The notes under the pieces: model-generated
Told to the model about the DNA's origin: nothing
Databases searched by the model: none
The model's input: only the letters and a program-made list of their open reading frames with translations
DNA from: Terriglobia bacterium
Lineage (GTDB): Bacteria > Acidobacteriota > Terriglobia > 20CM-2-55-15
Reading direction: 5' to 3'
DNA length: 64,000 nt
Assembly: GCA_965262675.1 (NCBI GenBank)
Contig: OZ253554.1
Coordinates: forward strand, 3,220,640-3,284,639
In this document: piece by piece, positions 19,336 through 29,256 of the stretch
Layout of the letters: every line of letters starts with the position of its first letter
How positions within the stretch are numbered: position 1 is the first letter of the stretch
Made by a program: the position numbers and the translations under genes

Positions 19336-20997
19336 ATGATTCGTAGTCTGCAATTTGCTGTTGTGCTCCTGTCGGTGGCTGTATTGGGCGGCACGATCGT
19401 CCGGGCTGCGCAGAATAGTGCCGTGGCCGACGCTGCACAGGCGGGCGATCTCATTGGTCTCGGCAACCTCATCGCGTCGAACGCGGATGTGAACGCACCA
19501 TCGGGCGACGGATCCTCTCCGCTGCTTTGGGCGGCCTACAGGTTCGACGTCGAGATGGCCGAGGTTCTCATCGCTGCCGGCGCCGATCTGAACCTTGCCA
19601 ATAACTACGGGATCACGCCTCTTCTCCAGGCGGCTCGGACCGGCGACGCGGCGATGACCGAAGTCCTGCTCCAGGCCGGCGCCAATCCCAATCTCGCCCA
19701 CACCGAGGGCGAAACACCCTTGATGGCCGCATCGCGCGCGGGCAGTGTTGCCGCCGTGCGCCTGCTGATCGACAACGGCGCCATCGTGAATGCTGTGGAT
19801 ACGTTTCAGAACCAGACCGCGCTGATGTGGGCCTCGGTGGAAGGGCAACTCGATGTCGTGGATGTGCTGCTTTCCGAAGGCGCCAATCCCAATCATCGGG
19901 CTCGGGTATCGTCGATCGCCTCACGCAGAAACGCGGATCATCCGACAGGGGGCTTCACGGCCCTGATGTGGGCTGCAAGAAACGGCGAGGAAGATACCGC
20001 GCGGCGGTTGGTCGAAGGGGGAGCGGACCTCAACCTCAAGAACGGCGACGGCGCTTCAGCTACCATGATCGCCATCTACAATGACCGCTTCGATACGGCG
20101 GGGACACTGATCGACCTAGGCGCCGACGTCAATGACGGATCGCTGTACACCGCAGTCGAGATGCGTCGGTCGACGACAGACCAGTTTGCTTTCGACGGCT
20201 CGCGCCTGCGCCCGAATCACGAGAACAGGCTAATGGCTCTGAATCTGATCGCCACCTTGCTCGAGCGCGGCGCCGACCCGCACCAGTGGTTTCAGGGCCA
20301 GTTTCATTCGACGTCGATGCCCAACGGCGACCGATTCGCCAATTCGCCGTTTTTCCGCGCGGCGGTTTCCGCAGACGTCGAAACACTGAAGGTCTTTCTT
20401 CCCTATGTATCCGATATCGATCAGGCGCTGGTTGTCCCGGAGGTTGAAGACGACGGTGGGAGCGGCGGTCCGGGCGGCCGCGGCCGGGCCAATCCCAACG
20501 CCGGCCGGACTGCGGCCATGGCGGCTATGACCGGAGGTCGCGCTCCGGCAATGACGGGTGGTCCGGGATACATCCGATCCGGCGAGGCGCCCTATCGCGA
20601 ACCGGGGAGCCGGAAGCCCGAAGACGCGTTTGCCCTGTTGCTCGACGCCGGTGCGAACCCCGATGCCAAAGCGCCGGATGGTTCGACGTTGCTGCACCAA
20701 GCCGTCCGGTCTCGCAATCTCGACATCATTCGGGCGCTCGGCGATGCCGGCGTCGACTACAACCAGGCCGACGATGACAGCTTGACGGCACTCGACGTTG
20801 CCGAAGGCAGACGACCCGAGGGCGAGGAAGACCCTGGCGCCGGCCCGGCTGGCGGGGGCGGCGGTCGCGGGGGTCCCCCTCCTCCTGAAGTCGCGGCGCT
20901 GCTGCGTGAACTGATGGGCTTGCCGCCGGCGCCCGAACCGCCAGCGGTTATCGAAGATGAAGACGCACCTTTGACGCCGGCCGGAGACGCTCAATGA
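19336..20997 (+). CDS. Secreted ankyrin-repeat protein
   Basis: Signal peptide, then at least 8 ankyrin repeats (G.TPL..AA..G......LL..GA..N motifs). C-terminal Gly/Pro-rich tail. AAGGAAG Shine-Dalgarno 9 nt upstream. The stop overlaps the next gene (ATGA). Confidence 0.8.
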   Translation: MIRSLQFAVVLLSVAVLGGTIVRAAQNSAVADAAQAGDLIGLGNLIASNADVNAPSGDGSSPLLWAAYRFDVEMAEVLIAAGADLNLANNYGITPLLQAARTGDAAMTEVLLQAGANPNLAHTEGETPLMAASRAGSVAAVRLLIDNGAIVNAVDTFQNQTALMWASVEGQLDVVDVLLSEGANPNHRARVSSIASRRNADHPTGGFTALMWAARNGEEDTARRLVEGGADLNLKNGDGASATMIAIYNDRFDTAGTLIDLGADVNDGSLYTAVEMRRSTTDQFAFDGSRLRPNHENRLMALNLIATLLERGADPHQWFQGQFHSTSMPNGDRFANSPFFRAAVSADVETLKVFLPYVSDIDQALVVPEVEDDGGSGGPGGRGRANPNAGRTAAMAAMTGGRAPAMTGGPGYIRSGEAPYREPGSRKPEDAFALLLDAGANPDAKAPDGSTLLHQAVRSRNLDIIRALGDAGVDYNQADDDSLTALDVAEGRRPEGEEDPGAGPAGGGGGRGGPPPPEVAALLRELMGLPPAPEPPAVIEDEDAPLTPAGDAQ

Positions 20998-23423
20998 AGA
21001 GGATGCTTCTCCAAACGGCGGCGCTGATCCTCGTCCTCGCCGGCCTTCCGGCCCTCAGCGAAGCCCGGCAATCGCTGGCGGACTACCAGGGGTTGGTTGA
21101 TCAATACTGTGTCACCTGCCATAACCAGCAGACGCGCATACCCGCAGGGGCGCCGCTCGCGCTGGACACGGTAAACCTTCAAGACCCCAGTGCGGATGCC
21201 GGGATTTGGGAGAAAGTCGTTCGCAAGCTCGGCCTGGGCGCGATGCCTCCACAGGGTGCGCCGACACCTGGTCCGGACGAATTGACGGCGTTCCGATCGA
21301 CATTGATCGCCAGCCTCGACGACGCCGCGGCGCAAACGGACAGCCCGGGACGCTACGTCCTGCACCGTCTGAATCGCAGCGAATACGGCAACGCCGTCCG
21401 CGACCTGTTGGGTGTCGAAGTGGATGTCAGCGAACTCCTCCCGAGCGATGGCGGCGACTTCGGGTTCGACAACATCGCATCGGCGCTCACGATTACCCCG
21501 ATCCTTCTCGAGGGATACCTCTCGGCCGCGTTGCGCATTGCCGATCTTGCGATCGGCGATGTCGAGGCCGAACCGGGCACGTCGACCTATTCGATCAGCA
21601 CGATCGTCACACAGAGGGAGCACGTGGAAGGACTGCCGCTCGGGACGCGAGGCGGCATTGCGGTGACCCATACGTTCCCGGCCGACGGCGAGTACGTGTT
21701 CTATGGACGGCTCCTGCGCACGGTTGCGGAAGGCTACGTCGGGGTCGAGGGCCATGAATCGCCGTTTGACTTCATCGTGACGGTCGATGGCGAGCAGGTG
21801 TTTTCGGCGCCGGTCGGCGGGAGAGAAGACCACGAGTCCAGTTCGGAAAACATCACAGTATCGAAAGATGAAATCGACGAGCGCATGACCTCGCCGCCGA
21901 TCCCGGTTACGGCGGGTCCGCACAAGATCGGATTCACGTTCATCGATCGGCCCACTCAGGAACAGAACGTGTGGAAACCGGTGCTGCGCGAGAGCCTGGA
22001 AGCACACAACCCCTCGGGCATTCCGAGGTTGCGAGCCGGAAACGTCGAAGGACCTTACAACGTCACGGGCATCGGCGACACGCCGACGCGCCGGCGCCTG
22101 TTTACGTGTCAGCCGGCATCGGCGGCCGACGAAGCCCCGTGCGCTGCTGAAATATTGTCCAATGTGGCAAGACGCGCCTTCCGGCGGCCCGTCGACGCCC
22201 CGGACATACAGGCGCCGATTGCCTTCTACGACGCTGCTCGATCCGAAGGTGGCGACTTCGACGCCGGAATCCGCGCGGGTCTGGTTCGGATCCTGGCCAG
22301 TCCGTCATTCGTATTTCGTGCGGAAGAAGACCCGGCGAACCTTCCGCCCGGCGCCGCGCATCGCATCACCGATATCGAACTGGCTTCACGCCTGTCGTTC
22401 TTCCTCTGGAGCAGCATTCCCGACGATGAGTTGCTGGATCTGGCCATCGCTGGCCGATTGAGTGAGCCGGACGTTCTGGAGGCTCAGGTCGGGCGAATGA
22501 TCGCCGATGGCCGGGCCGACGCAATGATCACCGAGTTCGTCGGACAGTGGCTCCAACTCCGCAACATCGACAAGGTAACGCCCGATCTTCTGATGTTCCC
22601 GGACTTCGACGACAACGTCCGGCAGGCGTTCCGCCGCGAAACCGAACTGTTCTTCACGAGCATCGTTCGCCAGAATCGAAGCGCGCTGGAGCTTCTGGAT
22701 GCCGACTATACGTACCTTAACGAACGGCTCGCACGGCACTACGGCATCCGGGGCGTCCTTGGTTCCCAGTTCCGCCGGGTGCGGGTGGAAGATCCGAATC
22801 GGCGGGGCCTGTTGGGCCATGGCAGTGTCCTTACGCTGACCTCGGCCGCGAATCGGACCTCGCCCATCATCCGCGGGAAGTATGTGATTTCGAATCTTCT
22901 GAACACGCCGCCGCTGCCGCCGCCGGCCAACGTGCCGTTGCTGGAGGAGAGCGCGCCGGCGGACCGGCCTTCAACGGTCCGTGAACAACTGGAACTGCAT
23001 CGTGCGAATCCGGCATGCGCGGCTTGCCATCGCAATATCGACCCCGTCGGATTTGCGCTGGAGAACTTCAATGCGGTGGGCCAGTGGCAGGATACGACTC
23101 GAGAGGGGCTGGAGATCGATTCCGCGGGAGTTCTGGTCGACGGTACGTCGGTCGACGGTCCCCTGGAACTGAGGAACGCACTCCTCGCCAGACCCGAGGT
23201 GTTCGTTGGCACGGTCACCGAAAAGTTGATGACCTACGCCTTGGGGCGGGGACTCGAACCCATCGATCTGCCCGTGGTACGCCGCATCATGAACGACGCC
23301 GCGACAGATGATTACGCCATGCAATCGATAATTCTGGGGATCGTCCGAAGTTCCGCCTTTCAGATGCGTACCAAGTTGACGGATACTGTTCCAATCAATC
23401 GACAGACAGCAGAGAGGGATTAG
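20994..23423 (+). CDS. DUF1587/DUF1592/DUF1595/DUF1588/DUF1585 multidomain protein with N-terminal CxxCH (PSD1-like)
   Basis: Signal peptide and a CVTCHN heme-binding motif. The classic partner of DUF1552 proteins in Planctomycetes, Acidobacteria and Verrucomicrobia. Confidence 0.85.
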   Translation: MKRMLLQTAALILVLAGLPALSEARQSLADYQGLVDQYCVTCHNQQTRIPAGAPLALDTVNLQDPSADAGIWEKVVRKLGLGAMPPQGAPTPGPDELTAFRSTLIASLDDAAAQTDSPGRYVLHRLNRSEYGNAVRDLLGVEVDVSELLPSDGGDFGFDNIASALTITPILLEGYLSAALRIADLAIGDVEAEPGTSTYSISTIVTQREHVEGLPLGTRGGIAVTHTFPADGEYVFYGRLLRTVAEGYVGVEGHESPFDFIVTVDGEQVFSAPVGGREDHESSSENITVSKDEIDERMTSPPIPVTAGPHKIGFTFIDRPTQEQNVWKPVLRESLEAHNPSGIPRLRAGNVEGPYNVTGIGDTPTRRRLFTCQPASAADEAPCAAEILSNVARRAFRRPVDAPDIQAPIAFYDAARSEGGDFDAGIRAGLVRILASPSFVFRAEEDPANLPPGAAHRITDIELASRLSFFLWSSIPDDELLDLAIAGRLSEPDVLEAQVGRMIADGRADAMITEFVGQWLQLRNIDKVTPDLLMFPDFDDNVRQAFRRETELFFTSIVRQNRSALELLDADYTYLNERLARHYGIRGVLGSQFRRVRVEDPNRRGLLGHGSVLTLTSAANRTSPIIRGKYVISNLLNTPPLPPPANVPLLEESAPADRPSTVREQLELHRANPACAACHRNIDPVGFALENFNAVGQWQDTTREGLEIDSAGVLVDGTSVDGPLELRNALLARPEVFVGTVTEKLMTYALGRGLEPIDLPVVRRIMNDAATDDYAMQSIILGIVRSSAFQMRTKLTDTVPINRQTAERD

Positions 23424-23426
23424 CCC

Positions 23427-24755
23427 ATGATCATTACAAAGAAGCATCTGCCTCGCCGGTCGTTCCTGCGGGGGGCCTTGGGGACGATGGTGGCGTTGCC
23501 GTTTCTGGACGCCATGGTTCCGGCCTTGTCGGCCCAGACCACGGCGCGGCCGTTCCGATTCGGCGCGATTTACGTGCCGAACGGAATCTACCCGCAATTG
23601 TGGCATCCGGACACGACGGGAAGCGACTTCGAATTCAAGTCGATCATGGCGCCGCTCGAGCCGTACCGCGACTACTTGGTCACGCTCAGTCAGATGAAGG
23701 CTCCGGACGGGAATCCGGAGATGGGTGGTGTGCACATGGGTGCCAGCGCGGCATGGCTGAACGGCGTCGGTCCACTCACCGGCCAGGCAAACTATACCGT
23801 CATCCAATCCAAGAAGACCATCGACCAGTTCATCGCCGACGGGATCGCCGGAGACACTCCCCTGCGGTCCCTCCAGGTGGGAACCGAGGACATGGGAACT
23901 TCCGCGGGCGCCTGCGACGGCTTTCCCTGCGTCTTCTTCAACACCGTTTCATGGCGCGACGACACCAGTCCGCTGCCCATGGGTATCAACCCGCGTGTGA
24001 CTTTCGAACGCATGTTTGGAGAAACCGGTTCGGCGCGTAAACGGCTTTCGAACCTCAAGCTGAAGCAGAGCGTGCTGGATTCGATCGCCGAGGAAGCGGC
24101 CAATATGCAGCGAAGGCTGGGGGCCGCCGATAACGCCATTCTCGATGAGTACCTGACGAACGTTCGCGATGTCGAACAGCAACTTGACCGCATGGAAACC
24201 CGCTCCGACGCCGTTCCCGAGGGCACGTCCGCTCCGACGGGGATCCCCGATACCTTCGACGAACACATGACGGTAACCTACGACCTGATGCGCTTGGCGT
24301 TCCAGGGCGACATCTCACGCGTGTTCACGTTCATGGTCGGTCACGAGGGAAGCAGTCGGAGTTATTCCCACATCGGAATTCCCGAGCCGCACCATCCGGT
24401 ATCGCACCACGCGGACAACCCCGAAAACATCGAGCGGTACGCGAAGGTCACCACCTACCATTCCGTCAAGCTCGCCGAGTTCATCGGCAAGCTCCAGGCG
24501 ACCCCAGACGGCGATGGGACGCTCCTGGACCGATCGGTCATCTACTATGGCAGCGGCATGAGCAACGGCAATGCCCACGACCGCAACAATGCCCCGGTCC
24601 TCCTGATGGGCGGTGCGAATGGCCGGTTGAAGGGCAATCGCCACATCGCCGTGGAAAACAAGGAACCGACAGCCAATCTTCTGCTCGGCATCGCCGATCT
24701 GGCCAATGTTGAGGTCGAACAGATCGGCCACAGCACCGGCCGGCTTGTCCTTTAG
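23427..24755 (+). CDS. DUF1552 family protein with Tat signal
   Basis: RRSFLRGALGTMVALPF Tat motif. Conserved DUF1552 segments such as FGAIYVPNG and HHPVSHH. Confidence 0.85.
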   Translation: MIITKKHLPRRSFLRGALGTMVALPFLDAMVPALSAQTTARPFRFGAIYVPNGIYPQLWHPDTTGSDFEFKSIMAPLEPYRDYLVTLSQMKAPDGNPEMGGVHMGASAAWLNGVGPLTGQANYTVIQSKKTIDQFIADGIAGDTPLRSLQVGTEDMGTSAGACDGFPCVFFNTVSWRDDTSPLPMGINPRVTFERMFGETGSARKRLSNLKLKQSVLDSIAEEAANMQRRLGAADNAILDEYLTNVRDVEQQLDRMETRSDAVPEGTSAPTGIPDTFDEHMTVTYDLMRLAFQGDISRVFTFMVGHEGSSRSYSHIGIPEPHHPVSHHADNPENIERYAKVTTYHSVKLAEFIGKLQATPDGDGTLLDRSVIYYGSGMSNGNAHDRNNAPVLLMGGANGRLKGNRHIAVENKEPTANLLLGIADLANVEVEQIGHSTGRLVL

Positions 24756-24995
24756 TCGCACGAGTTCAAAGAAAGGGGCGGGGGCGCTGTTCTCCTACAG
24801 TTTCGGAATGCTGTCGGTGCGGTTTCGGACTTGATTCGGGCGGTCATAGACCGCCCCTACAATAAGAGTTACGGAGTTGGGCCCAGTTTTTCCGGAATAC
24901 TCCAGACCGGTCGCCACGAGGGAACCATTTTCGCGTTTCTTACGTTGCGCTTGATCCGCGTTTTGCCTCATGCTTCAATTCTGGAGTTGAAGGCA

Positions 24996-25838
24996 ATGAG
25001 ATCCATCGTTTCAAAGTTCCCGAAGACATCGGGGTGTGCCACGGCCGCCATCGTCCTGATTGCCGCGGCCTGCGTCTGGACCGAAGAGGCCACCGCGAGG
25101 CAGACCGGCGATGCCGCCGGTGCAACGATTCCACGAACCGCGGATGGACGTCCGGACTTTCAGGGCATCTGGCAGGTTCGGAACCGGGCCTCGTACAACC
25201 TGGAAGATCACGCCGCGGGGTACGGCATGCCTCCCGGCCGGAGCGTGGTCGATGGCGGGCGAATTCCCTACCAGGCGGCCGCGGTCGAACAAAGGGACGC
25301 GAACTTCAGAGACCGGGAAACCGCCGATCCGCTTTCAAAGTGCTACATGCCAGGCGTTCCGCGGATCATGTACATGGAGCATCCCTTTCAGATTTTTCAA
25401 ACCCCCGACCACATTGCGATGACTTTCGAATGGTCGCTGGTCCACCGACTGATCTACACCGATGGGGAACCGCAACGATATTCCGGACTGGAGTTCTGGA
25501 TGGGGGATTCGCGCGGCCGCTGGGAAGGCGACACGCTGGTCGTTGACGTGACCGGCCACAACAACCGCACATGGTTCGACATGTCCGGCAACTTTCACAG
25601 TGAGGCGATGCGACTGGTTGAGCGGTATACGATGCTCGACCCGGACACCATCGAATACGAGGCGACGATCGAGGATCCCCAGGTGTTCACCCAGCCATGG
25701 ACGATCCGTATGCCGATCTATCGGCACAAGGACATGGACCGGGTCCTCGAGTATCATTGCCAGGCCGAAGTCGAAGAGGCGAACGGGGCGTTCGAACGCG
25801 ATGAACGCACCTGGTATCCTGGGCGGTCGGAGCCATGA
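24996..25838 (+). CDS. Secreted protein, paralog family A
   Basis: PDFQGIWQ, CYMPGVPR, WEGDTLVVDVTGHN and EYHCQAE motifs. Track ORF trimmed to ATG 24996, which has a GGAG Shine-Dalgarno. Confidence 0.75.
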   Translation: MRSIVSKFPKTSGCATAAIVLIAAACVWTEEATARQTGDAAGATIPRTADGRPDFQGIWQVRNRASYNLEDHAAGYGMPPGRSVVDGGRIPYQAAAVEQRDANFRDRETADPLSKCYMPGVPRIMYMEHPFQIFQTPDHIAMTFEWSLVHRLIYTDGEPQRYSGLEFWMGDSRGRWEGDTLVVDVTGHNNRTWFDMSGNFHSEAMRLVERYTMLDPDTIEYEATIEDPQVFTQPWTIRMPIYRHKDMDRVLEYHCQAEVEEANGAFERDERTWYPGRSEP

Positions 25839-26767
25839 GTCACATTCCGAACGCCCCTTCGAGCACCCTTTTCAATCGAGCAATCCGAATGAACCACCCG
25901 AGAAATCCGATGAAACGACGGCGCAATTTCCTGCTTCGAGCCGTTCTGGCGGCAGCGATAACGACACCCCTGGCGATGGCGCCGCAATCCTATGCGGCCC
26001 AGGGACGTGGGAGTGCGGATTCGGCGCCGTCCGGACCCATTCGCCGACTGCCGGATGGCACGCCCGACATTTCGGGCCTCTACCAAGCCGACGGAGGAGG
26101 CGCAAACTACGGACTCGAACAGAAACCCCGGGACTTTCTGACTCCGGCGTCAAGAGGCGTGGTTGTCGATCCGCCCGATGGCATACTGCCGTACCAGGAA
26201 TGGGCGCGAGCGGAACGGATCGACCGCTATCTTCCTCACCGTGGATATGACGATCCGACGGCACATTGTTTCGTGGCCGCAGGCGTCCCACGTTCCCATT
26301 ACGTACCGTCCCCGTTCCAGATACTGCTGCCTCCCGGATATGTCGTTATTCTGTTCGAGCGGATGGCCTGGCGCCAGATTCCCCTTGACGGGCGGGATCA
26401 CATTCCGGAAGACATCCGGCTATGGAACGGCGACTCCGTGGGCCGATGGGAAGGCGATACGCTGGTCGTCGAGACCACGAACATGAACGGCAAGACATGG
26501 CTGAACGAAGTCGGAGACGTGGTCAGTCACGCGCAGACCACCGTCGAACGGTTCACGCCTCTGGATGCCGATACCATCACATACCAGGCCACGGTGACCG
26601 ATCCCATCGCCTACACGGCGCCGTGGACGATGGAAATACCATTGAACCGCAGGGACGACGAAATCCTCGAGGTCGCGTGTCTCGAAGACAATCAGGATCT
26701 GGAACATCTCAAGGATGTCCGCGACGCATGGCGGGCGGAACAAGGACAAGGAGAGACTGGACGATGA
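25835..26767 (+). CDS. Secreted protein, paralog family A (Tat-like RRRNFLLRA signal)
   Basis: PDISGLYQ, CFVAAGVPRS, WEGDTLVVETTNMN and EVACLEDN motifs. Start ambiguous (25835, 25889 or 25910). The stops overlap the neighbouring genes. Confidence 0.7.
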   Translation: MSHIPNAPSSTLFNRAIRMNHPRNPMKRRRNFLLRAVLAAAITTPLAMAPQSYAAQGRGSADSAPSGPIRRLPDGTPDISGLYQADGGGANYGLEQKPRDFLTPASRGVVVDPPDGILPYQEWARAERIDRYLPHRGYDDPTAHCFVAAGVPRSHYVPSPFQILLPPGYVVILFERMAWRQIPLDGRDHIPEDIRLWNGDSVGRWEGDTLVVETTNMNGKTWLNEVGDVVSHAQTTVERFTPLDADTITYQATVTDPIAYTAPWTMEIPLNRRDDEILEVACLEDNQDLEHLKDVRDAWRAEQGQGETGR

Positions 26768-27186
26768 GGGTTAATTTCAGCAGAACGATACGCGCGCTCG
26801 CCACGATTGCGTTCGCCGTGGGCGTGTTTGCCGTTTCGGCCGGCGCACATCACGCCTTCACCGCGGAGTTCGACCCGAACAGCCCGATCGAGGTCACTGG
26901 CAAGGTGACGGATATGTTGTGGTCCAATCCACATGCCTGGATCTATATCGATGTCGAAGGACCCGATGGCGAGGTCGTCAACTGGTCATTCGAGTCGGGT
27001 TCGGCGAACGGGTTGATCCGGCGCGGATGGCGGAAAGAAGACCTGATCTTCGGCACCGAACTTGTGATCACGGGCTGGCAGGTACGCAGTGGAGGACCCT
27101 CCGGGAACGCCAGCAGCATCACTCTTCCGGACGGGCGCCGACTGTTTGCCGGCACGTCCAACCCCGACGCTCAGGAGAACGAGTAA
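26764..27186 (+). CDS. Small secreted protein, paralog family B (mature N-terminus HHAFTAEFD)
   Basis: Signal ...VSAGA, then HHAFTAEFD; WSNPHAWIY; DGRRLFAGTS. ATGA overlap with the upstream family A gene. Confidence 0.75.
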   Translation: MRVNFSRTIRALATIAFAVGVFAVSAGAHHAFTAEFDPNSPIEVTGKVTDMLWSNPHAWIYIDVEGPDGEVVNWSFESGSANGLIRRGWRKEDLIFGTELVITGWQVRSGGPSGNASSITLPDGRRLFAGTSNPDAQENE

Positions 27187-27245
27187 CCCCCAAGCGGACT
27201 GAGCGCGCGCCTTTGGGACTATGGGCTCTGTCGGGAACTGTCTCG

Positions 27246-28976
27246 TTATTCCGGCAACGCGAACACGTAGATCTCATTGTGGCCGCTTGGCGGATTGACG
27301 CCCGCGCCCCGTGCCAGGGCACCGCCCTTGTCGCCTGTTGTGACCGCGACATATTGCGTACCGTCCACGGCATAGGTGATGGTGCTGATCGAAATCGGCC
27401 CGCCCAGGACGGATTCCCAGAGCTGTTCCCCCGTATCCACATCATAGGCACGGAAACGGCGGTTCACGTCGCCGTGAAATACGACGCCGCCTGCCGTCGC
27501 GAGAGTGGATCCCGTGCTGGGAATGGCACTGACCCCGAAGCGCATGATTTCGCCCGTATCCAGATTCACCTTCGCGACACCTGCGAACTCGTCGGGATTC
27601 CCTTCGGGACGTGCCTCGCCGAACCGCCGTTCGCGGTTGTCACCGTCGGCTCGAGTCATGTTGAGGCAGTTGTCGACATAGGGAATGTATAGCGAATTTG
27701 TGCCGGGGTGGAACGAAGACGGCCAGAAACTGGTCGTGTTGAAGAAGCAGATCAGATGGTTTTCGCCCGGTTCCTTCAGGACGAGGTCCCAGTTGAGCTC
27801 GGTCCGGCCCGTGGCGCCATCGATGTTCGAAATCAGGAATCGTTCGGTGTCGAACGGAAACGGCGTGGCCCAGAGGAACTCGCCCGTTCGGCGGTCGTTC
27901 ACAAATATACCTCCGCCCTCTCCCACCATTACCGTGGCGTCGCGTTCCTCGCCGCGAGGAACGTTCGGATTGAACCACTTGACGTATTCCGGCTCGGGGT
28001 TGAAACGGATCGTGGTCAAGATCCGTTCGTTGGTGTAGTCCTCGTCCCAGTCGTCCCCGGGAAGGTGTTGGAAATACCATTTCAACTCACCGGTGTCCGG
28101 GTCCAGCGCCAGCGTGGAGTTACTGTACAGATCCGAAGGCGACGTGCGCGGAATCGTGTCGACTTCGCCGTCATGACGCGCCGCCCGCGTGTTTGGCATC
28201 GGATTGGCGACGCCCCACAGCACGGTATTGGTTTCGGGGTCGTAGGATCCGGGCAGGCCCCAGGTCGATGCCATGTTCCTGTCGTGCGTTTCAGGAGACG
28301 GGTTGCCCCAGGTTTCGTATCCTGGCTCGCCCGGACCGGGAACCGTAAAAAACTTCCACAGTTCCTCGCCGGTTTCGATGTCGTGGGCAGCGATGAAGCA
28401 GCTCTCGCGGGTCCGTGCGCATGCGCGTCCGGAAATCACCTTGCCGTTGACGGCCACGGGGCCGGAAGTGTGGTCGGCTTCACCGGCATAGGTCTGCCAC
28501 CGGACCTCGCCATTGACCGCGTCCAGAGCGACAATGTAGCCGTCGGGCGCCGTGTATAAGATCACGTCGCCATAGATCGCCAGGGTCTTGGTTCGTGCCC
28601 GCCCGGCGGCATCGCCCGCATCGTGGCGATATTCCCACAAGCTGTCGCCGTTGGTGGCATCGACCGCGCGCACGACGGCGCCGGGCTCGACGATATACAT
28701 CACGCCGTCGTGGACTATCGGAATCGCTTCGGCGCTGCCATTGTTCATTCCCCGAGACCAGGCCAGGGTGAGCCCCTCGACATTGTCCCTGTCGATCTGT
28801 TCCAGCGGGCTGAACCGTTGCGCATCGTAGGTGCGACTGAACATGAGCCAGTCGTCGGGACTCGGGTTCTGGAGCATCGCGTCGGAAACCGGCTGGTAGT
28901 CCGGAACCTGAGCGATGGCGGAAGGAACGAACAACAGGAACAATGAAATAGCGGTCAAGTGTCGAGTGAGTCTCAT
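27246..28976 (-). CDS. PQQ-dependent alcohol dehydrogenase-type quinoprotein (8-bladed propeller)
   Basis: Signal peptide. Tryptophan docking repeats and overall similarity to the methanol/ethanol dehydrogenase family. Trimmed to ATG 28976, which has a GGAGG Shine-Dalgarno. Confidence 0.85.
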   Translation of the reverse strand: MRLTRHLTAISLFLLFVPSAIAQVPDYQPVSDAMLQNPSPDDWLMFSRTYDAQRFSPLEQIDRDNVEGLTLAWSRGMNNGSAEAIPIVHDGVMYIVEPGAVVRAVDATNGDSLWEYRHDAGDAAGRARTKTLAIYGDVILYTAPDGYIVALDAVNGEVRWQTYAGEADHTSGPVAVNGKVISGRACARTRESCFIAAHDIETGEELWKFFTVPGPGEPGYETWGNPSPETHDRNMASTWGLPGSYDPETNTVLWGVANPMPNTRAARHDGEVDTIPRTSPSDLYSNSTLALDPDTGELKWYFQHLPGDDWDEDYTNERILTTIRFNPEPEYVKWFNPNVPRGEERDATVMVGEGGGIFVNDRRTGEFLWATPFPFDTERFLISNIDGATGRTELNWDLVLKEPGENHLICFFNTTSFWPSSFHPGTNSLYIPYVDNCLNMTRADGDNRERRFGEARPEGNPDEFAGVAKVNLDTGEIMRFGVSAIPSTGSTLATAGGVVFHGDVNRRFRAYDVDTGEQLWESVLGGPISISTITYAVDGTQYVAVTTGDKGGALARGAGVNPPSGHNEIYVFALPE

Positions 28977-29256
28977 GGACCCTCCTGAAAGAGTGCGAGC
29001 CGATCGCCGATCGATCGTCCGGCCTGAAATTCCTGTTTGACAATCGGTTTCCCGACAACGATACAGATTGCGGTCCAGGGAGTCGATCTCTCGATCCGGT
29101 TTTTCGTCTCGGCCGGTTGAGCGTTCCGGCGAGACTTTCTGGTTTGCCAGGTTCACTCGCCCGCGGACGGAGGTGCCGTCTTGTTCACGCACGCGATGGC
29201 CGGCCTGCTGGCGTTCGGCATGCTCGGCCAGATGGGGTAACGCGTCTCTCGGGCCG

